64,000 bases of DNA, from NCBI GenBank assembly GCA_964016885.1, contig OZ024759.1:19778001-19842000 (forward strand), given 5' to 3'. Position 1 is the stretch's first letter. Each line of letters opens with the position of its first letter. The position numbers and the translations under genes are program-made. The DNA comes from Eledone cirrhosa (Eukaryota). The notes below the pieces were generated by a model. It worked only from the letters and a program-made list of their open reading frames with translations, ran no database searches and was not told the DNA's origin. Of this stretch, positions 54,990 to 64,000 are shown piece after piece.

Positions 54990-55876
54990 GAAGGCACATG
55001 GCTTAGTGGTTAGAGCATCCGGCTTGCAATTGAAAGGTTGGGAGTTCAATTCTCAGACTGGGTGATGTGTTGTTTCCTTGAGCAAAACACTTTATTTCAC
55101 ATTGCTCCAGTTTACTCAGCTGTAGAAATGTGATGATAGGGACTGGGGTCCCTATCATTCCACTGCAAAGTGGCCGTGGAGGTGCCACGGCAAAAAAGCA
55201 CCCAGCCCACACTGTAAAGTGGTCGTGGAGGTGCCACGGCAAAAAAGCACCCAGCCCACACTGTAAAGTGGTCGTGGAGGTGCCACGGCAAAAAAGCACC
55301 CAGCCCACACTGTAAAGTGGTCGTGGAGGTGCCACGGCAAAAAAGCACCCAGCCCACACTGTAAAGTGGTCGTGGAGGTGCCACGGCAAAAAAGCACCCA
55401 GCCCACACTGTAAAGTGGTCGTGGAGGTGCCACGACAAAAAAGCACCCAGCCCACACTGTAAAGTGGTCGTGGATGTGCCACGGCAAAAAAAACCCAGCC
55501 CACACTGTAAAGTGGTCGTGGATGTGCCACGGCAAAAAAAAACCAGCCCACACTGTAAAGTGGTCGTGGAGGTGCCACGACAACAAAGCACCCAGCCCAC
55601 ACTGTAAAGTGGTCGTGGAGGTGCCACGACAACAAAGCACCCAGCCCACACTGTAAAGTGGTCGTGGAGGTGCCATGGCAAAGAAGCACACAGCACACAC
55701 TGCAATGTGGATGTGTAGGTGCCACGGCAAAAAAGCACCCAGCACTCACTGTAAATGAGGTTGGTGTTAGGAAGGGCATCCAGCTGTAGAAATCAAGCCA
55801 GAATCAGTTCCCGTCCCACCCTTGCAAGCAGGGAAAAGCGGGCGTAAAATGATGATGATGATGATGATGATGATGA
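54990..55876 (+). mobile_element. SINE family 1 with the internal 49-bp module expanded to about 12 copies
   Basis: ggtgccacggcaaaaaagcacccagcccacactgtaaagtggtcgtgga in tandem, about 55160-55755. Confidence 0.9.
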
Positions 55877-56223
55877 TAGTGTTGAAAGGAGAAGGTGGAA
55901 GATGTAGAGAATATACAAACTTTAATAAAATAAATCGACAGACACAATGAGCACAGAGAGAGAGACTGAGAGGGAGGGGGCGGGGGGTAGTTTCATCTGA
56001 AGACAAGTGACTAGTTGTGTTTCGTTAATTTTTCCGCAAGTCTTTGTCCATATTTTTTTTTCATTTTGTATGATTTTAGTTATTATACAGGATTTCTTTT
56101 ACAAATTGATATATTTTATTTTGTATCACCTGCGATCTCCTCTCTTTCTTTTCTCACTTACTCTCTCTCTCTTTCTCTTCTCCCTTACTCTCTCTCTTTT
56201 CTCCCTCTCTCTCTCTTTTCTCC

Positions 56224-56261
<38 letters not shown>

Positions 56262-56398
56262 ATATATATATATATATATATCTATATATATATATATATA
56301 TATGCACACACACACATATATATACACACAAATATATATATATACACATATATATATATACACAGACACACATATATATATGTCTATGTATATATATA

Positions 56399-56453
<55 letters not shown>

Positions 56454-56526
56454 ATGTATATATATATATGTGTGTATGTATATATGTGTGTGTATGTATA
56501 TATATATATATGTGTGTGTATGTATA

Positions 56527-56569
<43 letters not shown>

Positions 56570-56739
56570 ATGTATATATATATATGTGTGTGTATGTATA
56601 TATATATGTGTGTGTGTATGTATATATATATATTTATATATACATGTGTGTATGTATATATATATATTTATATATATATGTGTGTATGTATATATATATA
56701 TATCTATATATATATATATATACACACATGTGTGTGTGC

Positions 56740-56770
<31 letters not shown>

Positions 56771-56957
56771 TACATATACACACACAATATGACAACTGAT
56801 CAAGGTTAACAACTTATATTATTGAAACGGACATTGAAATTAAAGAATGAATTTAAGTTTTGACCTTGGTCTTTTGTCATATTGAATATTAATACTTTGC
56901 TACCTGAGCTGTCTTCAACAGCAAGACCGTTAACTGTCAATGGCTTATTTATGTGGT

Positions 56958-58181
56958 TTAACCCTTTAGCATTTACATTATCTATATTTACTATTGTATT
57001 TTCGTAGTTAAGGCTTTATCTTACATAATTATCTCACATATTATCAAATCTTCAAGATTTGATAATATTTATTTTGAGTATAATACCTCAACATAAGTAT
57101 GAGTGGTTCAACACATATGAGTGACTGGTTGCAGATGGTTTGAACTGAAAGAGGTGAGAGAATTCTGGCAGGATATGGTTAGTTTAACCCTTTATCATTT
57201 ACATTACTCTATACATACTATTGTATTTTCATGATAAAGGCTTTATCTTACATAAATATCTCACATAATATCAAATCTTCAAGATTTTGATATTATTCAT
57301 TTTGAGAACAATACCCAAACATAAGTATGAGCAGCTGGTTACGGACGGTTTGAACAGAGATAGGTGAGAGAATTCTGGCCGGATATGCCTTGTTTAACTC
57401 TTTAGCATTTACATTACTCTATATATACTATTCTATTTTCACAGTAAAGTCTTTATCTCACATAATTATCTCACATAATATCGAATCTTCGAGAACAATT
57501 CCTTAACATCAGTATGAGTGGCTGGTTACAGATAGTTTAACCCTTTAGAAGTTACGTTACTCTATATTTAATATTGCATTTTCGCAGTAAAGGCTTTATC
57601 TTGCATAATTATCTCACATATCAAATCTTCAAGATTTCGATAATATTTATTTTGAGAACAATACCTAAACATAAGTATGAGTGGCTGGTTACGGACGGTT
57701 TGAACAGAAAGAAGTGGGGGGATTCTTGCTGGATACAGCTATTTTAACCCTTTAGCATTTACATTACTCTATATATACTATTGTATTTTCACAGTAAAGG
57801 CTTTATCTCACATAATTATCTCACATAATATCAAATCTTTGAGAACAATTTGTTAACATCAGTATGAGAGGCCGGTTATGGACGGTTTGAACTGAAAGAG
57901 GTGAGAGAATTTTGGCCGGATACCGCCAGTTTAATTCTTTAGCATTTACATTACTCTATATTTATTTTCACATTTACATCATGCTATATGTATTTTCGCA
58001 GCAAAGGCTTTACCTCACATAATTATCACACATAATATTGAATCTTTGGAATTTTGATAATATTTATTTTGAGGACAATACCTCAACATAAGTATGTGTG
58101 GCTGGTTAAAGACGGTTTGAACTGAACGAGGTGGGAAGATTATGGCCAGATACAGCTAGTTTAAATGCTTTAAAGGGTTAA
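56958..58181. repeat. Tandem array of about 6 piggyBac-like MITE units
   Basis: Units start near 56958, 57184, 57394, 57537, 57744 and 57930; only one right TIR, at the end. Confidence 0.82.
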
Positions 58182-58309
58182 ATACCTGATGAACTGAGGA
58201 TTTTAGTGTGCATAGAGCTTGTCTCATCTTACCAAAGATATTGTGATGTTGCTGTTGTGATGTGTTGCTATTATGACATTCTAGCTGTTATTTTAATGCT
58301 GTCGTGCTA

Positions 58310-58822
58310 TTGTTACTGTTGCTATTGTGATGTCTTTGTTACTATTGTGATGTTGTTGTTGCTATTGTGATGTTGTTGTTGTTGCTATTGTGATGTTTTT
58401 GTTGCTATTGTGATGTCATAGTTGCTGTTGTGATGTTGTTGCTATTGTGATGTCTTTGTTGCTATTGTGATGTCCTTGTTGCTATTGTGATGTCATTGTT
58501 GCTATTGTGATGTCGTTGTTGCTATTGTGATGTCGTTGTTGCTATTGTGATGTCATTGTTGCTATTGTGATGTCGTTGTTGCTATTGTGATGTCATTGTT
58601 GCTATTGTGATGTCGTTGTTGCTATTGTGATGTCTGTGTTGCCATTGTGATGTCGTCGTTGCTATTGTGATGTCGTTGTTGTTATTGTGATGTCTTTGTT
58701 GCTATTGTGATGTCTTTGTCGTTATTGTGATGTTGTGTTGTCATTGCTATTGTGACATTCTAGCTGTTGTTATTATAATACTGTTGTTGTCGTGCTGTTG
58801 TTACCGTTGCTATTGTGATGTC
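58310..58822. repeat. 20-bp minisatellite gctattgtgatgtcgttgtt
   Basis: Direct reading. Confidence 0.9.
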
Positions 58823-58921
58823 CAATTTCACAATTTCTTAGAATCCAGTTTTCCGAGAGAACGACATTGGCAGCTGAATCTAATGACTTGATTAAGAAAA
58901 AGCAGAAAAAAAAAATAATAT

Positions 58922-60074
<1,153 letters not shown>

Positions 60075-60272
60075 ATAATAATAAAATAAAAAACTAAAAA
60101 AAACTCCCAACAATACCCATCAATTAAAAATACAAAAGGAAATCTTAATGACATCACAACTTAAGTTGTTAGAATTTGGTGCCAATAAAATGGTGAGAAA
60201 GCTCCCAGCTGATGTCTTGTTTTGGTGAAATATTATCACATTAGTTAGCTCTACCAGTTTCTCTATTCTTAC

Positions 60273-60321
60273 CTCCTGGTTCCCAAATCATTTCGGTTTT
60301 TCAAGACTTCTTGTGTTCTTC
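60273..60321 (-). CDS. Possible small exon on the minus strand
   Basis: Minus strand tgcAG acceptor and GAG|GTAAGA donor around 49 nt of non-repetitive sequence open in two frames. Confidence 0.2.
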
Positions 60322-61745
60322 CTGCATGTAGTTGGTTGGGGATTGTGTGTCTGTGTGTGTGACTGTGATTGTGTGAATGTGATTGTGTGTGTGTGTGTGT
60401 GTGTGTGTCATTGCCTGTGAGTATGTCATTGTGTGTATGTGTATGTACGTGTGCGTCTGTGTGTGTGTGTCATTATGTGTGTGTATGTCATTGTGTGTAT
60501 GTGTATGTACGTGTGCATCTGTGTGTGACTGTCTCTGTGTGTGTCATTGTGTGTGTGTATGTCATTGTGTGAGTGTCTGTCATTGTGTGTGTGTGTGTCA
60601 TTGTGTTTGTGTATGTCACAGTGTATATGTGTATGTACGTGTGTGTGTGTGTGTGTGTGTGTGACTGTGTGTGTGTGTCTGTACGTGTGAGACTGTGATT
60701 GTGTGTGTGTGTCTCTGTGTGTGTGTGTCATTGTGTGTGTGTATGTCATTGTGTGTGTGTGTCTGTCGGTCTGTCTGTGTGTGTATGTGTGACTCTGTAT
60801 ATGTGTGTCTGTGATTTTTTTTTCATTCTCTCCTTTCTATATACACACACACACATACATACACACATACACATACATACACACACACATACACACCCAC
60901 ACACATACATACACACATACATACACACACATACAAACACACGCACACACACGCACATACACACACATACATACACAGACACATACATACATACACACAT
61001 ACATACACACATACATATATATGTGTACGTATGTGTCTATGTATATATGTGTGTGTGTGCATGTATGTGTGTATGTATATATATATGTGTGTGTGTGTGT
61101 ATGTATGTGTGTATGTATATATATATGTGTGTGTACATCTATGTGTGTATGTATATATATATATATATATATATACGTGTGTGTGTGCATGTACATTTGT
61201 ATGTATATATATGTGTGTATGTACGTGTGTATATATATATATGTGTGTATATACATAATATACATATAGACCTCCCTCTCTGTATCTGTCTTTCACTCAG
61301 TTTTCCCCCTCTCACCTTGTCTCTGTCACTATCCTTCTCTCTTTCTCTACACTTTTCTCTCTCTCTCTACCTTTCTTTCTCTCTCTATCCTCTCTCTCTC
61401 TCTCTACCTTTCTTTCTCTCTCTCTCTACCTTTCTTTCTCTCTCTCTCTATCCTTCTTTCTCTCTCTCTCTATCCTTCTGTCTCTCTCTCTCTACCTATC
61501 TCGCTCTCTCTACCTATCTCGCTCTCTCTATCCCATCTCTCTCTCTCTCTCACCATCTCTCTCTCTATCTCCCTCCCATTCTCTCTCTCTCTCTCTCTCT
61601 ATCCTTCTGTCTCTCTCTCTCTACCTATCTCGCTCTCTCTATCCCATCTCTCTCTCTCTCTCACCATCTCTCTCTCTCTCTCACCATCTCTTTCTCTATC
61701 CCATCTCTCTCTCTCTCACCATCTCTCTCTCTATCTCCCTCCCAT

Positions 61746-61778
<33 letters not shown>

Positions 61779-62157
61779 CCATCACTATCTCTCTCTCTAC
61801 CCTCCCCCCTCTCTCACATACACACAAGTGATATATTGAAGAATATATTTTCATTTGGAGAAATATTAACACAGAAAATAATTCTTTTTTATTAAAACCA
61901 CTCCTGTGCATCAGTTTGCCACATCATTAGATATTTTTCTGTATTCTATGATGTTCTTTCTAATTATAATGATGCTCATGTACATACATCTATGTATGTA
62001 ACCAAAACACTGCTTCTCTAAGTAACTCATGCTTAGCATTGCCTTTTAAACCAGCTACTATTCTATTGCACGAGGAAAGTCAATCACACTTGACCTTCTA
62101 AACAACATCGCAGCCTTCTTGGCAAAATCACTACTAACCTCCTTGAATTACTGGTAT

Positions 62158-62497
62158 ACATTCATCATCCTTATACCAGTAATTGTTTCTACTTTAGGCA
62201 CAAGGCCAGCAATTACCCAGTGCATTACTGGTACTTCATTTTATCGACCCCGTAAGGATGAAAGGCAAAGTCAACCTCGGCAGGATTTGAACTCAGATCG
62301 TAAAGGGACGTAACTATGCTGGAAAACATGGCGTCCGACCCTGCTTTCCAGCATAGTTACGTCCCTTTACGATCTGAGTTCAAATCCCGCCGAGATTGAC
62401 TACGGGGTCGATAAAATAAAGTACCAGTAATGCACTGGGTAATTGCTGGCTTTGTGCCTAAAGTAGAAACAATTACTGGTATAAGGATGATGGATGT
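62158..62497. repeat. Fold-back inverted duplication of a family 2 SINE plus flank
   Basis: Arms share private variants and about 20 bp of non-SINE flank; the right arm has a 15-bp deletion. Confidence 0.85.
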
Positions 62498-63699
62498 CAT
62501 CAGGCTGCAGCTATCAAATTACATAGTTTCTGTAATATATATATATATATACATATATATAATGCCATGTCCTATGGATGACCGAGGACTGCCCACCCAA
62601 GGTACTGTTACACAGTTAAGTTCATAATGGCGCACATAATAAGCCATTAAGTACACATACACACACTGTCAATGTGGTTGGCGTTAGGAAGGGCATCCAG
62701 CCATAGAAAACCAGCCAGAAACTCTCCTATATGAGCAAGACATGGTCACCCAACCCAACTTGCTTCTAAATGAGACAAACCCGTCTAACCCATGCAAGCA
62801 TGGAAGATAGACGTTAATCGATGATGATGATTATAATGATCATGATGATATATATGTCATCATCATCATCACCGTTTTACATCCATTTTTCCACGCTAGC
62901 ATGGGTTAGACAAGTTGTCCTGTTGTGGGCAATGCAAGGTCAGGTGACCATGTCTTGCTCATACAGAACTGATTTTGGTTTGGTTTCTACAGCTGGATGC
63001 CCTTCCTAACACCAACCTCATTTGCAGTGAGTACTGAGTGCTTTTTGTCATGACCCCTACATGACCACCTTACAGTGAGAGGGGCAAAATGTATACATGT
63101 TTCAACTTTGGCCTGTACCTGCTTCAGCTTTGGTTTGTACCTACTTCAGCTGCAGCATATATGGTGTGTCAACAAGGAATACAATAGAGAACAATACAGT
63201 ACATTGACGAAATATATTAGTTTAACACCTGATCATCATCATCATCATCATCATCGTTTAACGTCTATCTTTCACACTAGCATGGGTTAGACGGGAATTG
63301 TCCCACTTGAGACAAGATTGATCGGGTGACCATGTCTTGCTCGTATATGACTGTATCTGGCAGGTTTTCTACGGCTGGATGCCTTTCCTAACACCAACCA
63401 CATTTACAGTGTGGACTGGGAGCCTTTTTACCATGTTTCCTACATGACCACTTTACAGTGTGGACTGTGTTTTTTTGTCATGACACCTACACGACCTCTT
63501 TAGTTTGGACTGGATGTTGTGGTACCAACATAACATTAAAGAGTCTTAATGTTTCAGAAATTAGTCCTTCATTGAAAGAGAAGACAGAGACAATATTTGG
63601 GAGAGATAAGGAGAACCAGGAAGATGGATGAGCGTAAGAAAAGAAAGAAAACCAGCAAAAAGTCAGATGAAAAGACATGTGTAGTTAGTCTGATAAACT

Positions 63700-64000
63700 G
63701 GGAAGAAAGCATAAAAGAAAAAAAGGGCAAAGAGAGAATTGAAACTAAACATAAAAAAGAATCTCTAAATTTAAAGGAATTTACGATTGAAGATCAGATA
63801 GTAGTTGTAGTGTATGAGTTCGCTTTTCTTTGGATCCAAGGTTGAAAGAAGTGTGAGTCAAATAGAATTTCAAGATGAAACAGATCTTGGAAAGTCTGGC
63901 GTGAAGGGACTAAAGAAAAATGATAAAAGACAAAGGATTGTCTGCAAGAACAAAGAAGAGATTGTAGAAAAATCGATGGGATCTTCAGTAATAATGTTCT
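63700..64000 (+). pseudogene. Decayed RTE-type remnant
   Basis: IVVVVYEFAF/LGSKVE.. resembles the post-RT EVVxxFxYLGS motif; frameshifted. Confidence 0.5.

Noticed and set aside
55970-55990. GC-box/promoter-like segment (also CpG-containing 14230-14730)
   Set aside because: A single short motif with no linked transcription start evidence.

Overview
Eukaryotic, extremely repeat-rich DNA dominated by (TA)n/(CA)n/(CAC)n/(CAT)n/(GA)n microsatellites. The SINE/RTE repertoire suggests an octopod cephalopod (inference). Almost all ORF-track entries are translations of simple repeats. Credible host coding sequence is limited to three phase-compatible + strand exons (668-811, 3054-3286, 23230-23332) of a gene I cannot name. 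The rest is mobile DNA: a near-intact 5'-truncated RTE-group LINE (48.0-50.3 kb), a CR1-type LINE 3' end nested in an older RTE, two tRNA-derived SINE families, a bipartite RTE-derived element, piggyBac-like and hAT-like MITEs, and minisatellites amplified from inside these elements. The main finding is a set of short (130-260 bp) non-coding elements inserted into (TA)n tracts. Three families carry type I hammerhead ribozyme motifs with palindromic stem/loop III (Penelope-like or retrozyme-type), supported by covariation between copies, and they repeatedly integrate with inversions that create long palindromes. A fourth family behaves the same way, occurs as a 234-bp head-to-tail concatemer with a rod-like fold and a recurring end point, but has no complete known ribozyme core. 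It is a candidate circular-RNA-derived retroelement with an uncharacterised processing motif. All structures were folded by eye; none is computationally or experimentally verified.
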